Counted from the stretch's first letter, positions 1 through 9,492 are shown. The stretch is 62,297 nt of DNA from Candidatus Falkowbacteria bacterium (GCA_003554785.1 PWHG01000084.1:1-62297); one strand, 5' to 3'. A program made the numbers and translations. The notes: generated from the sequence alone by a model not told the origin.

Positions 1-121
1 CACTACAACAAAGTTAGACCTCATAGTGCTTTAAACTACCAAGCCCCGGCACCTGAAAGCATCATTATTAAAAGGACTTAAAACTCTCATTCAAACTGGA
101 CCAACTAATGGGGGCAGGGCA
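1..121 (+). mobile_element. 3' end of an IS3-family insertion sequence (transposase C-terminus 1..81 plus terminal inverted repeat); continues off the left edge
   Basis: Frame +1 from nt 1 reads HYNKVRPHSALNYQAPAPESIIIKRT-stop (TAA 79..81), the YNxxRPHSxLxYxxP tail typical of DDE/rve IS3-type transposases. The complement of 98..121 reads TGCCCTGCCCCCATTAGTTGGTCC, resembling TG-initiated IS3/IS150-group terminal repeats. Confidence 0.6.
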
Positions 122-399
122 GTTAAATTCCAAGAACTCTCGCTTTTGTTCATCAATATTTTTGAAAATAAACGCTTCATTATTGAGCGATATTCGATGA
201 ACCCAACCATTATTCATGGCACAGGCAAGCTTTTCATAAAAAATAATTCTAATTTTAACACAAAATTCATTTATACTTGCCGATAGCGGTTACAATGCAG
301 AAAACAAGTTCATCTTACATCAGCACGCCATCATTATAAGCGATATCGTTTTTCCTTTCATTTCATTGGATATGGCAAGGACGGATTCCGTCGCAACAT

Positions 400-436
400 A
401 AAAAAATGTTCAACCTGCATTTCCATGCGGTTGAAC
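400..436 (-). terminator. Rho-independent terminator
   Basis: Inverted repeat GTTCAACC (408..415) / GGTTGAAC (429..436) with a 13-nt loop. On the minus strand it is followed by a T7 run (A run 400..406 on the plus strand). Confidence 0.55.
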
Positions 437-769
437 ATTGCTAAAACTCACCGTGTTTGAAGAACCGACAAAGTTATAAGCGATGCGAATGAAAAAGGTC
501 GGTGTCGGTTGAGTGTCAATTAGACAATTAGTTTTACTTATAACGCTAAATAGCAATCTGCTCGATTTCGGTCTTTGCGACACTGCTTTTCGTGCTTGCG
601 AATAGCGTTTCAGCGAACGGTTCTTGTTTCTTGTCGTATTTTGCTTTTTTAACAAATCAATTTTTCGACCTTAAACTTCTGTTATATTTTTGACGTTGAC
701 GGTGGTGCGTCTTTAATGGATTTTTCTTGAAAAACAACAAAATACTTCATACCAACCTTCACTTTATTC

Positions 770-1090
770 CTATATTATAACTCTTATAAAACTTCCCCAA
801 GCACCGAAGGCGAAGGTTGCGAAGAAAGAAAAGCCGACCGTTGAGACGATCACGCTGATCAAGGCGCCCATACCTGCGGCTTTGGCGTCCTCGGGGCGCT
901 CATCGTTCCAGACCAGATAGAGAATCAAGCCGGCGACCGGTACAAAGAAGCCAAGAAGCCCCCAGAGGAAACTCTGTGTGCCTTGGTCTATGTTCGTCGG
1001 ACGGTGTTTGGCGAGGGATTCGCCGCATTGCGGGCAGCGAACCATATTGTCGTTGACCGGACCGCCGCATTGGGGACAATAATTCAGCAT
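770..1090 (-). CDS. zinc-ribbon membrane protein (106 aa)
   Basis: ORF track. N-terminal CPQCG...CPQCG (two CxxC pairs) followed by two hydrophobic helices. AAGGAGA RBS lies just upstream of the ATG. Confidence 0.75.
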   Translation of the reverse strand: MLNYCPQCGGPVNDNMVRCPQCGESLAKHRPTNIDQGTQSFLWGLLGFFVPVAGLILYLVWNDERPEDAKAAGMGALISVIVSTVGFSFFATFAFGAWGSFIRVII

Positions 1091-1123
1091 AGTTTTTCTC
1101 CTTGGAAATTATTATTCACCGGT

Positions 1124-1498
1124 TCAAAGACTGGTGGGTGAAAATATGGCGCCGTTACCCGGCCCCTGGAACATGGCCGCGGTGGCGAGGAAGGAAAACA
1201 TCACGACATAGAAGATGACACCGAGCAGTGCGCCTTTGCCCGCGGAAAGCGAGGCCGCTGGATTTTCCCGCTGCCAGACCAGAAAGAGGATAAGACCGAC
1301 AAGCGGAAACAAAAATCCGATCACGGTCCAGATGAACGATCCGGTTTTGCGGGTGAGGTCGTCTTCTTTCATCGAAGAGATCCGCTTCGCGGGTTCTGAC
1401 GATTTTTTGCCGGTTTTTTTGAGGTCGGCACCACAGCTTTGACAGATCTTCTCGTTGGCCTTGACGGATTGGCCGCATTCGGGACAGAATTTGCTCAT
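1124..1498 (-). CDS. zinc-ribbon membrane protein, paralog of 770..1090 (124 aa)
   Basis: ORF track. CPECG...CQSCG zinc ribbon, then helices with the shared motif LILFLVWQRENP...GKGALLG (compare LILYLVWNDERP...GMGALI in the neighbour). Confidence 0.75.
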   Translation of the reverse strand: MSKFCPECGQSVKANEKICQSCGADLKKTGKKSSEPAKRISSMKEDDLTRKTGSFIWTVIGFLFPLVGLILFLVWQRENPAASLSAGKGALLGVIFYVVMFSFLATAAMFQGPGNGAIFSPTSL

Positions 1499-1980
1499 GT
1501 TTTTATACCTCCTGAGTCTTCGTGGTAGCGTTTCATACGTCTTAAAAGGTGGGTGATAAGACTGTGGTAGGTCTCATTGTCCAGTCTGGAAACGAGCCGG
1601 ATGCCCAGTTCATAGAAAACAATGTAGATGATGATATCGACGACCATGAAATTTCCGGGCATGATAAGCTGAAGGGTCTCGAAAAACAAAAAGGGTATCA
1701 GGATGAAACGGTAGAGCACTTCTTTTTCCGGAAAAGCAAGCCAGTGCAGCAACAGACAAAGACCGAGAAAGACCATGATCACACTGAGCGCGTCGCCGAA
1801 GGTGTGATAGAAGAGATAGGTGAGGGGATTTTCCGCTGTGAAATCACGACCGGCCCCTGGCAGGACGAGGGAAAAAAACTGGTTCAATATGACGTCTTCG
1901 GGTTTGAACAGGTAATAGAAACTGAAGTTGACCAGTGTCACAACCACAAGCATAAGAAGAATGATGAGTGTTTTACGCAT
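1495..1980 (-). CDS. hypothetical polytopic membrane protein (161 aa)
   Basis: ORF track. At least four hydrophobic segments. Its stop overlaps the start of 1124..1498 (ATGA coupling). Confidence 0.6.
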   Translation of the reverse strand: MRKTLIILLMLVVVTLVNFSFYYLFKPEDVILNQFFSLVLPGAGRDFTAENPLTYLFYHTFGDALSVIMVFLGLCLLLHWLAFPEKEVLYRFILIPFLFFETLQLIMPGNFMVVDIIIYIVFYELGIRLVSRLDNETYHSLITHLLRRMKRYHEDSGGIKT

Positions 1981-2110
1981 CGGCCATCCGCCTTTCTTCG
2001 CCGTCTACCCTATGATAGCGCGTAGCGGCGCGAGAATCAAGCAAATGTGTGACCTTTTTGACAATCATCGCTAACGCGCGAGGGCTGTCTTACTCAGTGT
2101 GAAAAAGACG

Positions 2111-2157
2111 AAAAACCGTATGACGCGCCTGTGCTACGCAGACGGAATACGGTTTTT
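2111..2157. terminator. possible bidirectional terminator hairpin
   Basis: Perfect 11-nt arms AAAAACCGTAT (2111..2121) / ATACGGTTTTT (2147..2157), 25-nt loop, with A/T runs on both sides. Confidence 0.35.
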
Positions 2158-2276
2158 CATTTATCAAAATGCATGCGTCATCTCCATGAGCACTCCCATC
2201 CCGGAATTTCTACTTATATTGATTATAGCACGGACGGAAGCGTGGAGACCGGAATCTTTTGAACCTGAAAGACGGT

Positions 2277-2408
2277 TCAAAGCTCGCCTTTCTTCTTCTT
2301 TTCGACAATGGCGTTCACAAGGTCTTCCGCACTGTCGGTGACATAGATCAGTCTGACGATGTTGCCTTTTGTATCCTCTTCATATACAGCATACACTTTT
2401 TCTTCCAC
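2277..2408 (-). CDS. possible small protein (43 aa, GTG start), not in the ORF track
   Basis: My own translation: (V/M)EEKVYAVYEEDTKGNIVRLIYVTDSAEDLVNAIVEKKKKGEL-stop. A GAGGAGGG RBS lies 7-8 nt upstream of the GTG at 2406..2408. Confidence 0.3.
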   Translation of the reverse strand: MEEKVYAVYEEDTKGNIVRLIYVTDSAEDLVNAIVEKKKKGEL

Positions 2409-2540
2409 GGTTCATCCCTCCTCATTCATTTGTTGGTTTCAGCATAAACGATAACCACCGTTTTTCCAAAGGAACAATGTTGAATAATTTTCACGAAAAA
2501 CCAACCGACTGACCTGGTGGCGTCATGAATGGGTTTTGTC

Positions 2541-2576
2541 CGGAAAAGAAAAGACACCGCCTTTGAGGGGGTGTCT
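2541..2576 (-). terminator. Rho-independent terminator ending the long catabolic operon
   Basis: AGACACC (2552..2558) / GGTGTCT (2570..2576) directly after the nagB stop. Followed on the minus strand by TTTCTTTTCC. Confidence 0.6.
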
Positions 2577-2579
2577 GGA

Positions 2580-3302
2580 TTAAAGAAGGCTTGCGGCGGC
2601 CTTGTCGAGCAGGACTGTGCAATCGGGATGTAGCTGAAGGACCGAAGCCGGTAGCGAGGGACTGACCGGACCGCGTATCATCTTGGCGACGGCGCCGGCT
2701 TTGGTGGCGCCTGAGGCGATCAAGACGATGCGTCTCGCATGCATGATGTTTTTGATGCCCATCGTGATCGCATGGGTCGGCACATCCTCGGGTGTGTCGA
2801 AGAAACGGGCGTTGTCGAGACGGGTCTGGGCATCGAGTTCGGTGATGAAGGTTTCCTGGTTGAGCGGGGTGCCGGGTTCATTGAAGCCGATATGGCCGTT
2901 TTGACCGATACCGAGGACCTGCAGGTCGATTCGTTCATTTTTTAGCGCGTCGTTATAATCTTTGACGATGGCTTCTTTACGGGTTTCATCGCTTTTGGGC
3001 AGATGGATGTTCTTTTTGGCGATGTCGACATGGTTGAAAAGATTTCGCTTCATGAAAGAAGCGTAGCTTTGCGGGTGGTCGTGGTCGATGCCCAGATATT
3101 CATCGAGATTGTAGGTTCTGACATGCCTGAACGTGATTTCATCATTACTGTAGGTGTCGATGAGCGCGCGGTAAAGACCGAGCGGCGTCGAGCCGGTCGC
3201 CAGACCCAAGACGGTGGTCGGGTTGGAAAGAATCGTCGTCTTGAAGATTTCCGCCGCCCTTTCAGAAAGGGTCTCATAGTTGTCGTGGATTTCGACTTTC
3301 AT
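2580..3302 (-). CDS. nagB: glucosamine-6-phosphate deaminase
   Basis: 240 aa. Motifs LGLATGSTP, YNLDEY and GIGQNGHIGFNEPG are classical for NagB. Confidence 0.95.
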   Translation of the reverse strand: MKVEIHDNYETLSERAAEIFKTTILSNPTTVLGLATGSTPLGLYRALIDTYSNDEITFRHVRTYNLDEYLGIDHDHPQSYASFMKRNLFNHVDIAKKNIHLPKSDETRKEAIVKDYNDALKNERIDLQVLGIGQNGHIGFNEPGTPLNQETFITELDAQTRLDNARFFDTPEDVPTHAITMGIKNIMHARRIVLIASGATKAGAVAKMIRGPVSPSLPASVLQLHPDCTVLLDKAAASLL

Positions 3303-3306
3303 ATGC

Positions 3307-4206
3307 TCACACCTTTTTGAGGGCTTCTCTGACGTTGCCGTTGGTGGCTTCCAAAAGCGCGGTGATGCGCGCTTGGTCCTCGATGCCTGACATGAGGGCG
3401 AAAATGGCGTACTTCACCGAATCATACCGTTCGAGGTAGGCATCGATCGTCGCTTCGTCGGCTCCGGTGACTTCTTCAACGATGCGGTGCGCCCGGGAAT
3501 GCAGTTTGCCGTTGGACATCTTCACATCGACCATGAGGTTTTCATAGACTTTCCCGATTTTGACCATGCTCGCCGTGGTGATCATGTTCAAGATGAGCTT
3601 CTGTGCGGTGCCGGATTTCATGCGCGTCGAACCGGTGAGCGGTTCGGCGCCGGTGACGGTCTCGATCGGGAAATCGACGGCTTTGGCGATTTCCGAATCC
3701 TCGCTCGTGGTGATGCAGGCCGTCTTACAGCCTTTTTCCTTGGCGTATTCCACGCCGCCGATCGCATAAGGGGTCCGCCCGCTCGCCGCGATGCCGATCA
3801 CAAAATCCTTCTCGGTGAGTTTGTGTTTCTTCAGATCCTTGCGGGCGTTCTTCTTGGAGTCTTCGACATTCTCAATCGCATCACGAAGCGCCTTTTCGCC
3901 GCCGGCGATGATGCCGTTGACGAGTGTTTTGTCGACGCCGAAGGTGGGCGGGCACTCGCTTGCGTCGAGGACGCCGAGGCGGCCGCTGGTGCCGGCGCCG
4001 ATATAGAAAAGACGTCCGCCCTTGTTGAAGGTTTCGGTCACCTCGTCGACCACTTTCTCGATCTGGGGGATGGATTTTTCAACAGCGTAGGGCACCGTTT
4101 TGTCTTCGTTGTTGATGAGTTTCAGTATCGCCTCTGTTTCACACAGGTCGATATTCTTGGTGTTTTCATTTCTTTTCTCCGTGCTGATTTTGCTGATGTC
4201 TACCAT
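3307..4206 (-). CDS. murQ: N-acetylmuramic acid 6-phosphate etherase
   Basis: 299 aa. SIS-type GRLFYIGAGTSGRLGVLDASECPPTFGV and IAASGRTPY match the MurQ signature. Confidence 0.95.
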   Translation of the reverse strand: MVDISKISTEKRNENTKNIDLCETEAILKLINNEDKTVPYAVEKSIPQIEKVVDEVTETFNKGGRLFYIGAGTSGRLGVLDASECPPTFGVDKTLVNGIIAGGEKALRDAIENVEDSKKNARKDLKKHKLTEKDFVIGIAASGRTPYAIGGVEYAKEKGCKTACITTSEDSEIAKAVDFPIETVTGAEPLTGSTRMKSGTAQKLILNMITTASMVKIGKVYENLMVDVKMSNGKLHSRAHRIVEEVTGADEATIDAYLERYDSVKYAIFALMSGIEDQARITALLEATNGNVREALKKV

Positions 4207-4212
4207 GTCTGG

Positions 4213-5124
4213 TCACCTCTGGGTTAGTCTTGAAACGGCTAGGTGATAGGCACCCTTCACTGTTTCTGTGGTATTTTCGATGATGTGATAATCGTTTAGG
4301 TTCTCATCGAGTTCGTCAAGAACGCTTTTTTTCACATATGGTGCATGTTCCACAAAGCCGCCGTGAAGGGCGATTTTGAGGGTGGCTTTGTTGTCGATGG
4401 TCTTGGCGGCGCGGACGAGCTGAACTGCAAGCAGGCGACCTTCTTCTTTGAGAAGACGAATCGCGTCGGCGTCATGTTCGCCTGCGGCTTCACCGATGGT
4501 TTTCGACAGGGCCGCGATCGCATTTTTGTCATTGCCGTATAGGAATGACTTGATGTCGCGGTAGTCATCGGCACCGATGGCGGTGAGAAGCCTTTCTGAC
4601 AAAAGGGAGCGTTCTTGACCGCTTTCTTCTTCACAAACGACCTTCTTCAAGGCTTCGATCACGACATGATAGGCCGAACCGGGGTCGCCGAGCAGATGGC
4701 CGAAGCCACCGCGCATCATGATGTTGGTTCCATCTTTGACCATGACGGCGCTGCCGGTACCACCGATGGCCATGAGCACGGTCTCATCCGTGCCGCCGGC
4801 GACGGCGTGAAGCGCGATGTCCGCATCGCTTACGATGTTGACCGGGGCGTTGAAACGCGCTTCGAGTTCTTTCTCATAGGCGCATGCGGTTTTGAGCTGC
4901 GAGAAACCGGCGATGCCGATCTGGATGATGACGCTTGCGTTATCATCGATGGATTCGATCAGTCGGGCGATGGTTTTTGCGATGTGGGTCCTGCTTAGAT
5001 CCTGGTTGACGGCGAAATTGGAAAACCCCTGTACGGTGCGGGTGATTTCACGACCGTCACTGTCATACAGGACACCCAGTGTCTTCGTCCCGCCGCCGTC
5101 GATGGCGATCACATACTCACGCAT
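4213..5124 (-). CDS. BadF/BadG/BcrA/BcrD-type sugar kinase (GlcNAc and/or MurNAc kinase, NagK/MurK-like)
   Basis: 303 aa. N-terminal IAIDGGGTKT phosphate-1 motif and internal IGGTGS. Overlaps nagZ by 8 nt. Confidence 0.8.
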   Translation of the reverse strand: MREYVIAIDGGGTKTLGVLYDSDGREITRTVQGFSNFAVNQDLSRTHIAKTIARLIESIDDNASVIIQIGIAGFSQLKTACAYEKELEARFNAPVNIVSDADIALHAVAGGTDETVLMAIGGTGSAVMVKDGTNIMMRGGFGHLLGDPGSAYHVVIEALKKVVCEEESGQERSLLSERLLTAIGADDYRDIKSFLYGNDKNAIAALSKTIGEAAGEHDADAIRLLKEEGRLLAVQLVRAAKTIDNKATLKIALHGGFVEHAPYVKKSVLDELDENLNDYHIIENTTETVKGAYHLAVSRLTQR

Positions 5125-6688
5125 GGCTGACGGGGGAGACGCCCTTGAGCGGGCAGGTTCCTTTCAGATATTCGACCAGGACGCCGATGGCGTTGGGGGT
5201 GTATTCATATAGACAGACATAATTCTTTATCCTGTCTGTGAAGAACAAATCGTAGGGATTGCGCATCGCGATGACGTGCACATCCTCGCAGACCTCGCTC
5301 ACCGCTTCGACGAGGTCGATCTGGCCTTTGTTGATGTTGGCGTTGTAGGTCTGGATGATGATCTGCTCATGGGTTTTGGCCGCTTCTTTGATGGTTTTGA
5401 TCGCATCCGCGTCCGGGTTGGTCGCGACGGTGCGGGTTGAGAGAGCGGGCAGGGCGTTTCTTATGGCCTCGATGGCGGTTTTTTCGCCGTCGGTCTCATC
5501 AGCGATGGTGGTCGCTTCCGGTGCGATGCCGATGAAAAGCGCATTGTCTTTGAGGGCGAGCTTGTCGCCTTTGACCAGGGTCGCGGCGTCTCTTACAACG
5601 TTGTAGGCGAAATCCTTCGTCGTTTTCGATTCGACTGTGGCTTTGACCATTTCATAGGTTCTTTCGAGGTCGGGTTGCGCCATATTGGCTTTGGCTTTCA
5701 GGACACGGTTCAGACGCTCATCGATCAGGCTTTCCGCAATAAGGCCTTTTTCGACGGCCTTTTTCACATGAGCCACCGCTTCGATCTGAAGATCGCGGGC
5801 ATGACAGATGAAGACCATGTTCACGCCGGCTTCGATCGCCATGAGGGACGCCTCGACGGTGCCGTAGTTGTCCTGGATCGCCTTCATCTGCATGCCGTCG
5901 GTGACAATCAGTCCCTCGAAACCGAGGGTTTCTCTCAACAGGCCGGTCATGCACTTTTTGGACAGCGTGGTGGGCAGACCGTCCTCGGTGATGGCGGGGA
6001 AATCGATGTGGGCGCTCATGATGGCGCCGACACCGGCGTTGATGGCGTCTTTGAACGGACGTAGCTCGATCGTCTCGAGACGGTCCATCGGATAATCGAC
6101 CTTAGGCAGGGCCAAATGGGAATCGACATGGGTGTCGCCGTGACCGGGGAAATGCTTGGCGGTCGCGAGCACACGTTCACTCATTCCCTTGATGAAGGCG
6201 TTGCCGTAGTCGGATACGGTGCCGGGATCGTCAGAGAAGCTGCGAACGCCGATGACGGGATTTTTGGGGTTGTTGTTGACATCGAGGACGGGCGCGAGGT
6301 TCATGTTGATGCCGAGGGCTTCGAGTTCCTCGCCCATGTGTCTGCCGGCGCGCAAGGCGTTGTCAATGTTGTTGCTCGCGGCCAGGGTCATCGCGCCGGG
6401 GAAGAAGGTGGCGCCCTTGTGGATGCGGGTGACCATGCCGCCTTCCTGGTCGATGGTGATGAATAGCGGGATGCCGGTCGTCTCGTGGGCGAGTTTCTGA
6501 AGGTTCTGGTTGAGTTTGAAAAGTTGTGCCGGGCTTTCGACGTTACGGGTGAAAAGGATCACGTTGCCAACTTTGTGTTTCCTGATCAGTTCGATGGCAT
6601 GGTCGTCGACCTCGGTCGCGTCGAAGCCGAAAACGAACAGTTGACCGATTTTCTCTTCCAGGCTCAGGTTCATTCTGATGTCATTCAT
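5117..6688 (-). CDS. nagZ: GH3 beta-N-acetylglucosaminidase, no signal peptide
   Basis: 523 aa. KHFPGHGDTHVDSH Asp-His motif of the NagZ subgroup and GLIVTDGM nucleophile region. The N-terminus is hydrophilic. Confidence 0.9.
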   Translation of the reverse strand: MNDIRMNLSLEEKIGQLFVFGFDATEVDDHAIELIRKHKVGNVILFTRNVESPAQLFKLNQNLQKLAHETTGIPLFITIDQEGGMVTRIHKGATFFPGAMTLAASNNIDNALRAGRHMGEELEALGINMNLAPVLDVNNNPKNPVIGVRSFSDDPGTVSDYGNAFIKGMSERVLATAKHFPGHGDTHVDSHLALPKVDYPMDRLETIELRPFKDAINAGVGAIMSAHIDFPAITEDGLPTTLSKKCMTGLLRETLGFEGLIVTDGMQMKAIQDNYGTVEASLMAIEAGVNMVFICHARDLQIEAVAHVKKAVEKGLIAESLIDERLNRVLKAKANMAQPDLERTYEMVKATVESKTTKDFAYNVVRDAATLVKGDKLALKDNALFIGIAPEATTIADETDGEKTAIEAIRNALPALSTRTVATNPDADAIKTIKEAAKTHEQIIIQTYNANINKGQIDLVEAVSEVCEDVHVIAMRNPYDLFFTDRIKNYVCLYEYTPNAIGVLVEYLKGTCPLKGVSPVSHA

Positions 6689-7829
6689 AGATATGATAGC
6701 TCACTTTCTCTGCCTTGAAACGTACGGCATCTTCTCTTATTTTCTTTCTCAGTGCTTCGATGTCGATGGTGTGCTTTCGGATACTGTCGGTTCCGGTAAG
6801 CAGATCGATCATCGGATGCATGCCTTCCTTGTAGGGCGCGTTGAACGCGAACGCATCGTTCGTCTCCCGGATCAGATAAAGCAGGATGAAGCCGGTTTCG
6901 ACCGGGTTGAACAGGAATTTGTCGGTGATGTGCAGTTCGATGCCCCGGCAGAGTTCGCCTTTGTGTTTTTGGAAGGTCGGGGTGAAATACAGGGGTCTGA
7001 ACATCACACCGGGCAAATCGTAGGCGTTGATTTTTTTGATGACGGTCTCATGGTCGAGCCACGGAGCACCGATGATGTGAAACGGTCTGGCAGTGCCTCT
7101 GCCTTCGGAGAGGTTGGTCCCTTCGAACACACAGGTGGCCAAAAAGGCATAGAGCGTGTCGGTGGTGGGGATGTTCGGGGAGGGCATCACCCAGGGACGT
7201 TCGAGGATATCGTAATGCATCGCCCGGATATAGCCTTCCATCTCGACAACTTCGAGGTCGCAGCCGATTTCGTATTTTTGGTTGAAGTAATTGGCCAGTT
7301 CCCCGACGGTGAGACCGTGGCGCTGCGGCAGTTCGTAATAACCGACGAAAGAGCGGAAATCAAGATCGAGGATATTGCCTTCGACCACTTCGCCGCCGAC
7401 AGGATTGGGTCGGTCGAAGACGATGAAGCGTTTGCCGTTTTCCTTGGCCGCCATCATGGCATAGGCCATGGTGTAGATGTAGGTATAGAACCTCGCGCCG
7501 ACATCCTGGATATCGAAACAAAGGACATCGATATCGCTCAGCATTTCGGCGGTCGGTTTTTTAGTGGCCCCGTAGAGCGAGTAGACCGGCACGCCGGTTT
7601 TCTCGTCGGTGTAGGTTTCGAGACGCTCACCGGCCTGTAGATCCCCGCGGACGCCGTGTTCAGGGGCGTATAGGGCTCTTAGGTCCGTGTGGTCGGCAAG
7701 GATGTCGATGGTCGATGTGAAATCCTTCAAGACACCGGTCGGGTTGGTGATCAGACCGACGCGTTTGCCTTCGAACAGGGATTTGACTTCCAAAAACCGT
7801 TCAATTCCGACTTTAATCATTGTTTTCAC
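6681..7829 (-). CDS. namZ: DUF1343-family exo-beta-N-acetylmuramidase (NamZ/YbbC-like), no signal peptide
   Basis: 382 aa. GKRVGLITNPTGV near the N-terminus is typical of DUF1343. GTG at 7829; an alternative ATG at 7820 sits behind a GGTGA RBS. Confidence 0.8.
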   Translation of the reverse strand: MKTMIKVGIERFLEVKSLFEGKRVGLITNPTGVLKDFTSTIDILADHTDLRALYAPEHGVRGDLQAGERLETYTDEKTGVPVYSLYGATKKPTAEMLSDIDVLCFDIQDVGARFYTYIYTMAYAMMAAKENGKRFIVFDRPNPVGGEVVEGNILDLDFRSFVGYYELPQRHGLTVGELANYFNQKYEIGCDLEVVEMEGYIRAMHYDILERPWVMPSPNIPTTDTLYAFLATCVFEGTNLSEGRGTARPFHIIGAPWLDHETVIKKINAYDLPGVMFRPLYFTPTFQKHKGELCRGIELHITDKFLFNPVETGFILLYLIRETNDAFAFNAPYKEGMHPMIDLLTGTDSIRKHTIDIEALRKKIREDAVRFKAEKVSYHIYE

Positions 7830-8454
7830 CTATCTTCTCGAGATATTCCACAGCGGGTGTGGTGATGTAGACGTTCAGCATGATGAGCAGGCTCATGCCG
7901 CTGAAGATGAAAAGGACGAGCGTGAACTGTGTCAGGAGGAGTCCGAGCGGCAAGAAGAGACTGAGGACAAGCAGGATGGTTCTGAAGAAGAATTTCCCCG
8001 CCAGCATGAATGACACCTTGAAATGAAGGCTGAGTTTCAGTCTCGGGTAGACCCGTTTCACGCAGAGACTGTAGAGCGTGACAACGCCGAGGGCGACGAG
8101 TAAGATGAGTGAGATGTAGTAGCCGATTAGGTTGAACAGGGTTTCATCGGCTTCCAGACGCCCCATGTAGTAACGGGTGTTCGTAATGCCGAGGATCGCC
8201 AGAAAAATGAGGAAGAGGCTCAGTTTCAGTTTCTTGAGGAAATGTTTGCGCAGATAACCGAAATAGCCCTTGAAGATGGGCGGATCCTCGTAATCGAAAT
8301 AATCTCTGAACATGTTGTAGCCTGCGGAAAGCGCCGGAATGATTGTAATGATGGGAATCATCATGATGATCATCATGATGTTGATCAGGATGATTCTCAG
8401 AATCCAGTCTGCGATGGTGTTGAGAATGGTGATGAGACGGTTGTCGTCTTTCAT
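7813..8454 (-). CDS. DUF624 (YesL-like) membrane protein associated with sugar ABC importers
   Basis: The ORF track starts at 8463 (GTG inside the RBS). I prefer the ATG at 8454 (MKDDNRL...) behind AAAGGAG. Hydrophobic core plus PALSAGYNMFRDYF..PPIFKGYF resembles DUF624. Confidence 0.6.
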   Translation of the reverse strand: MKDDNRLITILNTIADWILRIILINIMMIIMMIPIITIIPALSAGYNMFRDYFDYEDPPIFKGYFGYLRKHFLKKLKLSLFLIFLAILGITNTRYYMGRLEADETLFNLIGYYISLILLVALGVVTLYSLCVKRVYPRLKLSLHFKVSFMLAGKFFFRTILLVLSLFLPLGLLLTQFTLVLFIFSGMSLLIMLNVYITTPAVEYLEKIGENND

Positions 8455-8472
8455 TCCGGACACTCCTTTCTT

Positions 8473-9492
8473 CTAACCGACGATGCCGGTCCGTTCGATG
8501 GATTCGACGAATTGTTTCTGGACGAATAGATACATGATCAGTAGCGGCAGCATCATGAGCAGGGCCGCGACATTGGAGATGAGCGCGAGGAAGACCGGGT
8601 TCTCCCAGACATCCTGACCGATCAGACTCAGTCCGCCCGTATAGAACAAGGCGGCATACATGCCCTCGGCGGCATTGATCAGCCGCATGGTCAGAAGCGG
8701 GAACTCTTCGGTGCTCACCTCGAATATTTTGACGTAGTAGGCATCGTTCCATTGCCAGACGAAGGCGAACAGTCCTACGGTGATCAACGCGCCGCGGGCG
8801 TTCGGCAGCATGACGCTCCAGAAGGTCCTGAAGACACCGGCGCCGTCAATCTGCGCGGATTCCTCGAGTTCCTTGGGCAGTCCTTTGAAGAAACTGCGGA
8901 AGATATAGATGAAGATGCCCGAACGGATGCCCATGCCGAGACCGCTCATCAGATAGATGGTCGTTTCACGGCCGATCAGGCCCAGATCCCTGAAGTAGAG
9001 GTATTGCGCGAGGGATAGCGCCTGCGGCGGCATGACGATGGTGATGATGACGAGGACAAAAAGCAGGTTGGACCCTTTGAAGCGAAGGCGGCTGAACGCA
9101 TAACCTGCCAGAGCGGTCGAGGCGAGCTGAAGTCCCATCGAGATCGAGGAGACCTTGAAGGTATTGAACAGGGCGCTGCGGTAATCAAGGACCAGTGAAG
9201 CGATCCTGAGGTTCATCAAAGACCAGTTCTCCGGAATCCAGACGACCGCGGGATTGTTGACGTCTTCGGGGGCGCGCAGCGCCATGAGGATCTGCTGGAT
9301 GGTCGGAAAGAGGATGACAAAGGAAAGACCGACCAGGAGCACGGCTCTGACCGTGATCAGGATGATCGATTTCGCCTTACGCTGACGGGCGATGTTCTTC
9401 GTGGGATCGGTGAGATTCTCGACCGTCGGATTGATGGCTTTTTTGACTGCTTTCAGCAATCTGTACAGTTTATCGAGGATTTTAGCCTTCAT
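8473..9492 (-). CDS. carbohydrate ABC transporter permease (MalG-type)
   Basis: 339 aa, six TM segments, EAA loop ESAQIDGAGVFRTFWSVMLPNARGAL. Confidence 0.9.
   Translation of the reverse strand: MKAKILDKLYRLLKAVKKAINPTVENLTDPTKNIARQRKAKSIILITVRAVLLVGLSFVILFPTIQQILMALRAPEDVNNPAVVWIPENWSLMNLRIASLVLDYRSALFNTFKVSSISMGLQLASTALAGYAFSRLRFKGSNLLFVLVIITIVMPPQALSLAQYLYFRDLGLIGRETTIYLMSGLGMGIRSGIFIYIFRSFFKGLPKELEESAQIDGAGVFRTFWSVMLPNARGALITVGLFAFVWQWNDAYYVKIFEVSTEEFPLLTMRLINAAEGMYAALFYTGGLSLIGQDVWENPVFLALISNVAALLMMLPLLIMYLFVQKQFVESIERTGIVG

Noticed and set aside
122-227. Short minus-strand ORF MNNGWVHRISLNNEAFIFKNIDEQKREFLEF running into the IS end.
   Set aside because: Only about 35 codons lie outside the IS, with no RBS and no recognisable family. 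It is mentioned only as a possible truncated gene.
410-655. 81-aa minus-strand ORF from the track (MLKKQNTTRNKNRSLKRY...).
   Set aside because: It has a TTG start with no RBS and a low-complexity basic sequence. Its 3' end runs into the terminator hairpin, and it sits in AT-rich non-coding context. It is more likely non-coding.
2099-2447. Plus-strand ORFs 2099..2341 and 2259..2447.
   Set aside because: They have no RBS and odd composition, and they span a terminator-like hairpin. A short minus-strand ORF with a strong RBS (2277..2408) explains the region better.
6678-7640. Long antisense ORFs opposite recognised genes. Examples: 6678..7640(+), 17067..18371(+), 18405..19868(+), 19938..20972(+), 32430..33401(+), 39677..40945(+), 43106..43915(-).
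   Set aside because: These are shadow ORFs, common in GC-rich coding DNA. Their translations are Asp/Gly/Val/Arg-rich with no motifs, while the opposite strand encodes clear family members with RBSs and operon coupling.
8144-8752. 202-aa alternative-frame minus-strand ORF overlapping the DUF624 and permease genes.
   Set aside because: The sequence is His/Arg/Pro-rich and low complexity. The annotated frames have convincing TM and EAA features.
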